From assembly GCF_006345805.1 (NCBI RefSeq), contig NW_021833487.1, positions 1-28,784 on the forward strand: a DNA stretch of 28,784 nt, in the 5' to 3' direction. Both the position numbers and the translations under genes were made by a program. Source of the stretch: Octopus sinensis. Its lineage: Eukaryota. Below, in pieces: positions 1 through 10,286 of the stretch. Every line of letters starts with the position of its first letter. Within the stretch, counting starts at the first letter, position 1. The notes beneath the pieces were generated by a model. That model was not told where the DNA came from. It did no database searches and saw only the letters and a list, made by a program, of their open reading frames with translations.

Positions 1-18
1 ACATACTACATACATACA

Positions 19-50
<32 letters not shown>

Positions 51-51
51 A

Positions 52-84
<33 letters not shown>

Positions 85-346
85 AAATAAATAAAATAAA
101 TGCGACCTTTTAAAGCCTAGCCAGGCTCATGGGCCCGGTTTCCCGGTTTCAGTGGCGAATGTGTTCCCCAGCTGGACGAGACGCCAGTCCATCGCAGCGT
201 TACTTATTTTTGCCAGCTGAGTGGACTGGAGCAACGTGAAATGAAGTGTTTTGCTCAAGAACACAACGTGTCGCCCGGTCCAGGAATCGAAACCACAATC
301 TTACGATCATGATGCTGACACCTCAACCATTAAGCCACGCGCCTCC
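85..346 (-). mobile_element. tRNA-derived SINE, family A (full-length)
   Basis: The minus strand starts GGAGGCGCG-TGGCTTAATGG (A box) ... GGTTTCGATTCC (B box). It continues with a CORE-like TGTGTTCTTGAGCAAAACACTT, then GCGATGGACTGGCGTC, and ends in a (TTTA)n tail. Near-identical copy at 11302-11561. Confidence 0.9.
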
Positions 347-477
347 ACACACACACACACACACCACACACATATATATATGTATATACATACTAGGCTA
401 TGGGGAAAATGGTAGTACAAGAGGGACAAGTTTAAACAAATGTTGTATTAGTTTAACGCCTACAGAGAAGGTAAAGG

Positions 478-515
478 GTCTTGACGTTTCGGACGTTAGT
501 TCTTAACCAGAAGAC
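478..515 (-). ncRNA. Degenerate minimal hammerhead ribozyme motif in a dispersed repeat
   Basis: Minus strand: GTCTT-CTGGTTAA-GAAC TAAC GTCC-GAAA-CG-TC-AAGAC. Stem I is a perfect 5 bp (GTCTT/AAGAC), stem III is the ACGT palindrome and the site is GUC. The CUGANGA core is mutated. Confidence 0.55.
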
Positions 516-753
516 TATAAAGGAGGAAAGGTTGTGAGGAAGAAACAAAAATAGCTTTATATGTGTGTGTGTGTGTGTGTGTGTTTACGCTTATATTCTT
601 GCATTTGACAACCGGTGCTGCAACGAATAAAAGAAAAAAGATAAAGATTAAAAGAACTGGCAAAATGGATGGGTGTAATCGCGAACATGATCCGACTGGC
701 TCCTGCTTTCAAGAGGAGTAACGATGAACAACTATGATAATAATAGTAATAAA

Positions 754-1345
754 GGTTTCAAATTTTTGTACAAGGCTAGCGAGTTCGTGGGAGAGGGCTA
801 GTCGATTATATCAACCCAATTGATCAACTGATACGTGTTTTATCGGCCCCATTGGATGAAAGGCAAAGTCCAACTCAGCGGAATTTGAACTCAGAAACGT
901 AAAGACGAAACGCTTACCGGCATTTGTTCTGATTCTACCAGCTGGCTACTTTAATAATAATTATTTCAAATTTTGGTCCAAGGCCAGCAATTTCTAAGTA
1001 GAAGGTAAGTCGATTACACCAACTCCATTGATAAACTGGTACTTTTTTTATCGGCCCCAATGAATGATGAAAATTGAAGTCGACCTCAACAAAACTTGAA
1101 TTCAGAAGGTCTAGATGAAATGCAAGTGTGCTAACGATTCTGCCAACTAGCTTCTTTAATAATGATAATTATAAGCCTGTCTACTATAGGCACAGGAGCT
1201 GAAATTTGTGGGGCTGTGACTAGTCGATTACATTAACCCCACTGCGTAACTGGTACTTATTTAATCGACCCAGAACGAAAATACGAACGAAATACTAATC
1301 GGCATTTCGTCCGGCGTGCTGACGACTGTGACAACTCGTCGCCTT
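754..1345 (-). mobile_element. Three tandem decayed SINEs, family C (754-951, 964-1157, 1177-1345)
   Basis: The copies share, with variants, TTTCAAATTTT..CAAGGC, GTCGATTA, AACTGGTACTT..TTTATCG and GATTCTGCCAGCT..CCTT. Copies 1-2 also carry GAATTTGAACTCAGAA (reverse B box GAGTTCAAATTCC). They are separated by (TAA)n. Confidence 0.8.
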
Positions 1346-1362
1346 ATTAATGATAATAATCT

Positions 1363-1610
1363 TTTATTTATTTTCCACAAAGGCCCAACACAAAGCAAAA
1401 AGAGTCAATACAACAAAAAGGACAAGTGGAGCTTAGCACAATATTTGTGTATGAAAATGAAATAAAACAATAATAATTAACAACTAAGATTTAGCAAGAA
1501 AATTCCCCGCAAGCGGTGAGGCGCCTACCCCCCACCCCGGGGGCCAACAAAGGAACCCCACGCATTTTGGCCACCGCGACCGCCAAGGGCACCTCAGGCA
1601 GTAATTCCTT
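1363..1610 (-). mobile_element. Probable 3' end of an L1/Tx1-like LINE
   Basis: The minus strand ends TTGTCC...TGTGTTGGGCCTTTGTGGAAAATAAATAAA, resembling the terminus at 24740-24784 (TTGTCC..TGTGTGCAGCCCTGTGTGGCCAATAAAGAAA). The 5' limit is uncertain. Confidence 0.4.
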
Positions 1611-2257
1611 TTGTTGAGCACAAGAATATTGAGGACAATATCGGAAGACGGAAAATAACAATAACCCAGCATGACCTCCACCACTTCTACTGCCATTACC
1701 AGCAGTACCAGCATTAACGCCAGCATTAAATAATAGCTCCTAATAGCTTGTGCTTCCTTGCCGCAAAAAAACAAAAAAATAAAAAAAAACAAACAAAAAG
1801 TAAGTCTTCAAATTAGAACAATAGACCTGGTGACCGATAAACAATATTAAACAGAAAAGAATGAGAAATACAGAGACAACTTGACGGGAGACATTTAGAG
1901 TGGAAAAGATATATCTTGCTTATATTATTTGCATTGAGATGGACGTCCTTAAGTACGAACAAAAGAATGTGATGGACCTCCAGGAGACAGTGTGAGAATT
2001 ATGTGTCAAATGAATTTCGGGCTGGGGGTGGAAGAGAAGACTGGAGTTGTTGCTTGTGGTGTTGGTGGTGGTGGTAGTTTTATGCAGGTTTGTATGTGTG
2101 CGTGTGTGTGTGTCTGTGTGAGTGTGTTTGGTGTGTATAGTAGTCAGGATAGATATATGCATATATTCATGAATATGCAAGTATATATACATAATGTATA
2201 CATATTCATGCATATACGTAGGTGTAAGTTGTGTATGTGTTTGTTTATGTTTATGCT

Positions 2258-2290
<33 letters not shown>

Positions 2291-2518
2291 CATACATATA
2301 AATATGTGTATATGAGTGTGTGTGTATGTGTGTATATATATAAATACATTTTTTTGAATATCATTACTTTATACATTAGCAGGTGGCCGATCAGAATAAG
2401 CTGTAAATCTCCAAACAGGATGAGAAAACACGCATGCATGTATGCACATGCATTCACACATTAACGTGCGCGCGTACATACACACATACACAAGCACTAC
2501 ATACATACGATAATTAAG

Positions 2519-2556
2519 GTAGTAGTAGTAGCAGTGGTAGTAGTAGTTGTAACAGT

Positions 2557-2598
<42 letters not shown>

Positions 2599-2633
2599 AC
2601 AGTAGCAGTAGTAGTAGTAGTAGTAGTTGTAAC

Positions 2634-2677
<44 letters not shown>
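2519..2677. repeat. (TAG)n microsatellite
   Basis: Directly visible; it is the source of the poly-L/Y/T ORFs. Confidence 0.95.
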
Positions 2678-3097
2678 CAGCAGCAAGCGCAGGACAGCGG
2701 CGGTGCAGCACAGCGGCGGCGAGGCGCAGCGGCGGCGCAGCACATCGGTGACGCAGCAAAGCGGCGGCGCAGCAGCAAAAGCACCGAGTGCTCAATAATA
2801 TTTGCATTGTGTCAGAGACTAGGAGTGTTATTTGAGAACGAGTCTACTTCTATAAAGTCTACAACAGCGCGGACTCTGCCTGCACCGCAGTTGTAGGTGT
2901 CGTTAAAACAGATGATGGATTAAGTTCACAGTAAGTTAGAGGTTGTGAATCCAACCAACTAAGAGACAGCATCTATCCAATATACTGCTGGTAGAATACC
3001 TTATTAATACACAACTGTTGGTTATTGCGTGGCAATTACCCTACTGAGTATAATAATTAGGCGAGGGTAATAAGTGGTTTTACCCTTAATTTATATG

Positions 3098-3481
3098 GCA
3101 AGAAGAAAATGGAGGGAATCCAGAGGTATTAGTCATCAGTTGTTAGACGTTATATTATTTCTATTTATTTATTTTAAACAGTTCAGATAATATATGAATA
3201 CATGTCTAAAGTATTAGTAATTTCTAGAATACAGAAAAGAGAAAGAGCAATTCCTTACAGCTGTTTCAACCAAGAGGTCACAGTACCCCATACGATATTT
3301 CTATCTTTTGAGTGTATTGTAAATCTGTAAGAAATTGCTTTTCTTTCTCTTTTCTGTATTCTAGAAATTACTAATATTCTACACATGTATTCATATATTA
3401 TATGAAATGTTAAAAATAAATAAATGCACATAATATAATGTCTAACAATACTACCTCTGGATTTCCTCCATTTTCTTCTTG

Positions 3482-3482
<1 letters not shown>
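3098..3482. repeat. Long inverted repeat 1 (arms 3098-3260 / 3325-3482, 64-bp spacer)
   Basis: GCAAGAAGAAAATGGAGG...TTAGTAATTTCTAGAATACAGAAAAGAGAAAG..CTTACAG is mirrored by CTGTAAG..CTTTCTCTTTTCTGTATTCTAGAAATTACTAA...CCTCCATTTTCTTCTTGC. Confidence 0.92.
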
Positions 3483-3519
<37 letters not shown>

Positions 3520-3650
3520 GTATCTACGAGATACCACCATGCTGAAAATAGCAGCCATGATCTGACTCTAAAACCACCTTAATTGTCCATATATCAACAC
3601 GGAGAGAAAATAAAGAGACAAGATGAAACTAGCAAAAAATTACTGGATAA

Positions 3651-3707
3651 TTCTCGATCCCGGATTTCTGACTTTGCATTTAGTAATGCTTTGCCTCGTC
3701 AGTAGAA
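3651..3707 (-). ncRNA. Hammerhead ribozyme-like motif (type I, variant)
   Basis: Minus strand: TTCTA-CTGACGA-GGC aaa GCATT acta AATGC aaa GTC-A-GAAA-TCCGGGA-TC-GAGAA. It has the conserved core, a paired stem II, a near-palindromic stem III, an AUC site and stem I TTCT/AGAA. A truncated mirror copy lies on + at 4021-4071. Confidence 0.6.
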
Positions 3708-4071
3708 TACACACAAAAGAGAAACATAAATATATAAGCACAATATACGAATACTTACATATACGAACATATACCTACATATATATGCACGTATGCATCA
3801 CGGCCACTTCAAAATGCCCGCCGCTTAATTCCATGTGAGATATGGTCAAAATATCGCCGCAGTACATACAGTGACGAAATATATTTAAATTCATATAAAT
3901 AAGGATAAGATCGTTAATTTAAAAATAAAATAACGATTTTATCAAGTATACGTTCGTATATGTAAGTATTCGTATTTTGTGCTTATAAATATATATGTAT
4001 TCATGTTTCTCTTCTGCGTGTATTCTACTGACGAGGCAAAGCATTACTAAATGCAAACTCAGAAATCCGGG
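3659..4071. repeat. Long inverted repeat 2 (arms 3659-3774 / 3946-4071)
   Basis: CCCGGATTTCTGACTTTGCATTTAGTAATGCTTTGCCTCGTCAGTAGAATACAC... is mirrored by ...GTGTATTCTACTGACGAGGCAAAGCATTACTAAATGCAAACTCAGAAATCCGGG. Confidence 0.92.
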
Positions 4072-4178
4072 CGCGTGTGTACCGTTGGCGATTTTTTTCT
4101 CCGTCTTCCCTTCTTTGGATCTTTCCTTTTCCTATGTTTCTGACGAAGAGCTCCGCTCGAAACGTTAAACCCTCCTTC
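4072..4178 (+). mobile_element. Short dispersed repeat carrying a hammerhead motif (Penelope-like/retrozyme-like)
   Basis: About 105 bp nearly identical to 21454-21561. Confidence 0.75.
4136..4170 (+). ncRNA. Minimal type I hammerhead ribozyme
   Basis: GTTT-CTGACGA-A-GAGC TCC GCTC-GAAA-CG-TT-AAAC. The core is intact with an extra A after A9; stem II is 4 bp, stem III is palindromic ACGT, the site is GUU and stem I is 4 bp. Confidence 0.7.
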
Positions 4179-4304
4179 GTTCCTTTGCTTCTTTACAATA
4201 TCTTTAGTGAAGTAAAGGATGTAGCTTCAGCTGGTAAATGGAGGAATGTTTATAAGGAGACAGCATTCACTTTCAAACAAAGATGGATTGTACCATGCTT
4301 TCGT

Positions 4305-4585
4305 TAAGTTAGAAGTTCGCTTCGCAATCACGTAATTTCTGGTCCTGTTCCGTTGTGCGGCACCTTAGGAAGTTGTTTTTCTTTTATAACCCCGGGCTGA
4401 CCAAGGCCTTATGAGTGACTATCGTAGACGGAAACATTGTGAAAGCTCGTCTGCATAGATTCATACATAGATTCCATAGGTGGAGGCTATAGAAACGTAA
4501 GCACGTACAAAAGACGCCAAACAGCGGTATGGAACCATGGATCACATGGTTGGGAAGCAAACCTTTTAACCACTCAGCCATACCT
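4305..4585. mobile_element. Two decayed SINE-B head fragments in opposite orientation (+4305-4450; -4495-4585)
   Basis: TAAGAAGTTCGCTTCGCAATCACGT...GGCACCTTAGG...GACCAAGGCCTTATGAGTG..GTAGACGGAAAC, and the reverse GGAACCATGGATCACATGGTTGGGAAGCAA..AACCACTCAGCCA. Confidence 0.6.
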
Positions 4586-5174
4586 TTCCCCAATCACACA
4601 CACATACACACACTTGTATGAGGTGTATATATATAAGGTGAGCAAATGCCATTTAGCAAATTGTGTAATACAGCGCTTAGTCTTTATTCAATCAGCATGC
4701 TTAAGCAGATAACTTTACTCATCTCCTCTCACGAATGTTTAGTCACATCTCTCATCTTACACCACACATTTCCCTCTCTACACCCCGCACCTCAGATAAT
4801 ACATTGCACCTCTTGTATCGCACTCTATGCATCACATAGCTTACACCAGACATGTGACATCCTCATCCGAACGTTCAATGTCGTCTGCACGTACATCTGC
4901 TGCGTTATAATACCGCGATTAATTTAGATATTCAGCATTTGGGTAACAATATACTGAAATGTTGGGAAAGAGCGAGTGAAGAGCGTCTTTAAATAAACCT
5001 AGATGGCTCTAAGTCTCATTGGAGACGACATTGATAATCTTATTATATTAAATCAACATTTATCTCTGAAGAAATCTGACGAGGAAGTATGTAGCGAGTG
5101 ACCAAGATACACTTTCATGTAAATGTATGTATAAGTATGTATGTGTATGTGTGTGTGCGTGTGTGTGTGTGTGA

Positions 5175-5790
5175 ATATGTACGTATGTACGCATACATGC
5201 CTATATATATGTGTGTGTATGTATATATATGCTTCTAAATATGTGTGTATATATATGCGTGTGTAGGCAAGAATACGTACATACACACACGATACTCACA
5301 TACACATCTCTACCTACTTCCTGTGTTGTATATTACACGCATACATGCTATTATATGTGTGTGTAATGTATTCTATGCTTCTAAATATGTGTGTATATAT
5401 ATGCGTGTGTGCAGACGTACATCATACACACCACACTCACATACACATATCTACCTATCTTGTGTATATGTACGTATGTCGCATACATGCCTATATATAT
5501 GTGTGTGTATGTATATATATGCTTCTAAATATGTGTGTATATATATGCGTGTGTAGCAAGAATACGTACATACATACACACACACACTCACATACACATA
5601 TCTACCTATCTTCCTGTGTGTATATGTACGTATGTACGCATACATGCCTATATATATGTGTGTGTATGTATATATATGCTTCTAAATATGTGTGTATATA
5701 AATGTGTTCTTAGCAAGAATACGTACATACACACACACACACACTCACATACACATATCTATCTATCTTCCTGTGTGTATATGTATGTAT
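5175..5790. repeat. Tandem minisatellite, about 4 copies of a ~150-bp compound unit
   Basis: ATGCTTCTAAATATGTGTGTATAT recurs at about 5229, 5375, 5519 and 5676. GCAAGAATACGTACATACA and CACTCACATACACATATCTACCTATCTT also recur. Confidence 0.9.
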
Positions 5791-6203
5791 GTATGTATAT
5801 ATATATTATATATATACGTATGCATATTTAAATATATGTTATTTGTGTGTGTATACACACATACACATACACACGCATATACGTACACACATATATTGCA
5901 TGTTTATAGTAAATAGCTATTATTATAATATAAATATATATATATATATATATATAGATAATAGATAGATAGATGGGTAGACAGATAGATAGAGAGATAG
6001 TTGAGTATTGTGAATCATTATATATCCTCACAGATATGAACTCACTATTTATCTCCTTTTAGTTAAATATCTTGATTAGATTAGAGTCGTTATTAAAACT
6101 TAATCGCCTTCAGCACTAAATACTTCGTACAACATACACCTACACACACACACCTGCACACACACGCGCACATACAAACAAACAAACACACACACACACA
6201 CAC

Positions 6204-6238
<35 letters not shown>

Positions 6239-6369
6239 CACACACACACACACACACACAACACACAGAGTAAGTGCACTAGTATCGGACTTAATAAACA
6301 CTGTCATTACAGAGGTGCCGGGCCAGCAATTTTGAGAGGAAGAGTAAGTCGAGTATATTAACCATCATG

Positions 6370-6612
6370 AGTGGTTAAAAAAAGTTCGCTTTGCAACTAT
6401 AAGGTCACGGTTTCATATCACCGTTTGGTATCTTGGACAAGTGTTTTATTTCCTGTAGCCTGTGGATAAGAAATTCATCATGTAACCACGTAGTTTCGAG
6501 TTCGCTCCTCCTGTTTGGCACCTTGGACGTGTGTCTATTAGTATAGGTTCGGGCCAACTAATGCCTTGTGGGCGGAACTGTTTGGCGGAAACTACACAGA
6601 AGCCTATCGTAT
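6370..6612 (+). mobile_element. Tandem decayed SINE-B head fragments
   Basis: Two head-like pieces: GGTATCTTGGACAAGTGTTT and GGCACCTTGGACGTGTGTCT..GGGCCAACTAATGCCTTGTG..GGCGGAAACT..AGAAGCC. Confidence 0.55.
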
Positions 6613-6849
6613 ATAGATATGTTTGTATGTACGAGTGTGTGTGTGCTTGTTATATATGCATGTACGTGGTAGTGTGAGTATGTCTGTGTACACAGTCTGT
6701 ACACTCCACCAGTCAGCTATTATTGGTTCGAGGCATTCCGGCTATGGCCATCCTGTCTTTTTCTTATATAGATACAACGCTTCAAGGAATACAGTGGATT
6801 ATACAGACTCCAGTAGTTGAGTGGTATCTTATTGTATGTGTATATGAGG

Positions 6850-7290
6850 TGAAGGACATGCACTGCGGCCATGCTGGAGCACTCCGTCGAACGGTTTTAA
6901 TCTATCAAACAGATTCAAGTATTTATTTCACTTATTCTATCGGGTCAATTTTTGACGAGCGGCTAAGTTAGGGGAACATAAGCAGACGTAAGACGGTTGA
7001 CAAGCGGTCATGACAAGCTCACACACACACACACACACACACGCACGCACATGCACACACACTAGCACACATACAGACACTGTCATGCACACGTACATAT
7101 ACAAACGCACACACGCACATGGACACACATATCTGTATACGATAGGCTTCTATACAGTTTTCGTCCACCAAATTCGCTCACAAGGCCCGAAGCTATGGTA
7201 CAAGACACTCGTTCAAGGTGCGAAACAGTAGGAGCGAACTCGGAACAACAGGTTACGAAGTTAACTTCTTATCCACATAGATATGACTGA
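6850..7290 (-). mobile_element. Decayed SINE family B
   Basis: CTGCGGCCATGCTGGAGCAC..CTTATTCTATCGG..GCTAAGTT..GGTTGACAAGCG-(CA)n-AGGCTTC..CAGTTT..CCAAATTCGCTCACAAGG..AAGACAC; colinear with 12131-12543. Confidence 0.8.
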
Positions 7291-7394
7291 ACTTATATAT
7301 ACACACACCTATCCTGTCATCATCATCGTCTAATCTAAGTAGGTGAGTCCTGATCGAGCAGAACTACAATTATAAAAAGTGTTCAAACTGTAAT

Positions 7395-7578
7395 GATATC
7401 GTGGCTCTTTCGTCAGAACTGAAATAACAAAATCTCGAATGTGGTATAACAGATTATAGAGTAGGGCACGATGGCCAGGTGATTGTATACACTGGTTAGA
7501 CGATGTACGCGTTTGTCACCTCTTCCCAGTTTATTTCTTGGTGAAACTGGACATCTTGTTCATAGCCTTGTCCAAGAT
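7395..7578 (-). mobile_element. Tx1/L1-like LINE ORF2 remnant (post-RT region)
   Basis: The minus strand reads in pieces NKMSSFTKK*..EVTNAYIV..YNHLAIVPYS..FEILLFQF*RK. 7500-7573 is homologous to 12606-12680. Confidence 0.6.
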
Positions 7579-8046
7579 AAATGATATCTTAAAATTAATC
7601 ACGAGATGATCAGCGGCTTAATACTGCTTTCGATCAAAGTTCACACCGATTATAACATTAAAACTTGACTTCGAACTTAAGGAGACCGACTTAAACAAGT
7701 TGATTAGGGTTTAAGGAGAAAAAAAATACAACAGAGAAAAGACTAGTATTCCCGCCTTTCAACCTTCGACCCCTTATTTAGGACACATTGCCCAAATCAC
7801 TCTTACTTCGAAATCAATGAAATTCAAGTAGAATGACAGACTGAAGGGCAGAGCTCGGAATTAGCGAAAAGAAGTACTAGTCACTTTAATGGCCATCATA
7901 TCTATAATTATTCAGCTACCCGCTGTACGCGGGTGATTAAGTTAACTTTGCAAATTACTTGGTTTTGTGTTCTATTTTACAGCGCGACACGTTCTGCAAA
8001 TATCTTCTGCTGTAGCCTCATGTAGGCATAAACTGAATGGAATACC

Positions 8047-8091
<45 letters not shown>

Positions 8092-8142
8092 TGTGCCGAT
8101 TACATCGACCGCAGTGTTCAACCGGTACTTAATTTATTGACC

Positions 8143-8800
8143 CTGATAAATAGCCCCTGGAGGCATTTGGTGAGTCAAATATGGCACAACATTATCCTTT
8201 AGTAGATTCATATAACCTTCACTATTTAGCTTTCCTTCAACTTTAACTAGAGCACCAACACCAAAGCTACTAAATGCCGCCCACACCATCACCCCCACCA
8301 CCCCCGATTGCGCCGTCTTTTTCACGCATTTCGGATGGAATTCCTCGGTTGGGCGACGTTTGACGTATGCTTTACCATCTGATCCAAATATACAGAAGCG
8401 TGACTCGTCACCCCAAAGATCCCTGCACCAATCTTCGGCAGTCCATTAAGCATGGCTTTTTGAGAAATTAAGGCGTTTTAGTTGATTTCTTTCGGATATT
8501 ATTGGCTTTTTCCCAGCGATTCGTCCATGTTGTCCAAATTCTCTCAAACGGTTGCGGACTGTTTGTGGTGTAAAAATAACACCATTCTCGATGGACAATT
8601 GTTTACAAATGTCAACGGCTGTCAGCATTCGGTTGCCTTCCAAAAGTCGGTGGATTCGACGGTCCAAATGCGCCGTCGTTTTTCTTGGGGCGCCAATCCG
8701 TTGCCGATTTTTATATTGACCAGTCTCCTAGTATAACTTCCACGCTTGCACGCAAGCCGTATTACTGCTCTTTAGTTGCTTGCTGATGTTCGATAAGAAA
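8143..8800 (-). pseudogene. Tc1-family transposase fragment (HTH plus N-terminal DDE domain), truncated
   Basis: GAPRKTTAHLDRRI..TVRNRLREFG..KKPIISERNQLKRLNF..*WTAEDW..WGDESRFCIFGSDG..VMVWAAFS..LVKVEGKLNSEGY..GAIYQ. There are in-frame stops, it is cut before the second catalytic D by a SINE-C fragment, and no TIRs are visible. Confidence 0.9.
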
Positions 8801-8801
8801 C

Positions 8802-8833
<32 letters not shown>

Positions 8834-8839
8834 TATATA

Positions 8840-9006
8840 TACACGATGGGGTTCTTTTCAGTTTCCGTCTACCAGATCCACTCATAAGGCTTTGGTCGGC
8901 CCGAGGCTAGAGTAGAAAACACCTACATAAGGTGCCACGTAGTAGCATGGAACCCGCGACAACGTGGTTGGGAAGCAAGCTTCTTACTGCTCAACAATGC
9001 CTACGC
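8840..9006 (-). mobile_element. SINE family B, 5' half
   Basis: TTTCAGTTTCCGTCTACCAGATCCACTCATAAGGCTTTGGTCGGCCCGAGGCTA..AAGGTGCCACG..GTGGTTGGGAAGCAAGCTTCTTAC. Confidence 0.85.
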
Positions 9007-9277
9007 ATAATATAGTGAAACCGTCTTGTGGCAACGGTACAAACCAATGTTGCGGTTCTTCGAATTTCTAGTAATAACAGCTAAACCCCTCTATTTTTCG
9101 TTTTATCTTATTTATTTATTTATTTTCAAATCACAGAAGGACGCATTGAACAATGTAGATCATAATTATTTCTAGCCGTCGTGTGTGTGTGTCAAGGCTG
9201 AATCGTTACTAATTATAGATGTCTGTTCTATTCAGAGCTGCCAATTCGGGGGGGGGGGCGGTGCTGCTGCAGCAAAA

Positions 9278-9319
9278 AACAACAACAACAACACAACAAC
9301 AACACAACAACAACAACAA

Positions 9320-9354
<35 letters not shown>

Positions 9355-9370
9355 ACAGCAACAAAACAGC
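9278..9370. repeat. (CAA)/(CAG)n microsatellite
   Basis: Directly visible. Confidence 0.9.
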
Positions 9371-9754
9371 AGTAGTCCTCATTACACTTAATTAGCTAAC
9401 TAGTACTAGGTGTGAGAAATAGTCTATATATAAAGGTGATTGCTTAAAAGCGGCAGCAACAACAACAATAATGATAAAAATGTTGATATTTTTGGAAACT
9501 TTACGAAATGGTAATTACCTAGATGATATTAATAGCTGTTTTATATTTAGTACGTGTGTGGGTGTGTGTGTGTGTATGTGTGTATGTGTGTGTGGGTGGG
9601 TGTGTTTGCTTGTATTTTTTCTATCCCTCTTTTAGTTTTACTGCAGCAGGGCTTACGTAAATATATCACTGTACTTTGGTAAAAACATACATTCATACAC
9701 ACATACAAATACACATACACACGCGTGCACACACACACACACACGCGCGCATAC

Positions 9755-9884
9755 ATATATGTATACATATATATTTATATATATATATATATATATATAT
9801 AATATGAATTATATATACATATATATCTGTGTGTGTGTATGTATACGTATATATATATATATAATTATATATATATATATATAT

Positions 9885-9942
<58 letters not shown>

Positions 9943-10005
9943 ATATTATATATAATATATATATATATAATATATATATATATAATATATACTATATATA
10001 TATAT
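9755..10005. repeat. (TA)n-rich microsatellite
   Basis: Directly visible. Confidence 0.95.
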
Positions 10006-10231
10006 ATGATATGTATCTGTATTCTAAATAAAGCTTCTGAAATTCGTAATCGCTTGGAACCTGATTCAGAATTTTGCTTAACTCATTTGAAAATTATGAA
10101 GCTGTCTTTGAATGCGTCATACACAAAATCGGTATATTTTATCGCAAAATAAATAAATGCATGAATAACTTGCTGGAAAGCCGCCTAGTTCATTATATAA
10201 CGATTAAGGCTGACTATATTATATATATATA

Positions 10232-10286
<55 letters not shown>

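Noticed and set aside
85-346. tRNA genes at SINE heads
   Set aside because: A/B boxes are present, but there is no complete cloverleaf and they continue into multi-copy SINE bodies.
1920-2807. Cluster of ORFs rich in YI/HT/VC/poly-L/Y/T (and similar ORFs throughout the window)
   Set aside because: They are translations of TA, CA, TATG, CTAT and TAG repeats.
2815-2936. Possible exon between TGTCAG and GTAAGT
   Set aside because: All three + frames contain stops. The protein-like minus frame (FNDTYNCGAGRV..) lacks an acceptor or start.
5066-5085. CTGAAGA / CTGACGA hammerhead-like half cores
   Set aside because: No paired stem II, GAAA or stem I follows.
7918-7934. ACCCGC-TGTAC-GCGGGT hairpin as a Helitron 3' end
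   Set aside because: No CTRR terminus at the expected distance and no 5' end.
9185-9391. Poly-Q ORF
   Set aside because: Microsatellite read-through without flanking coding character.
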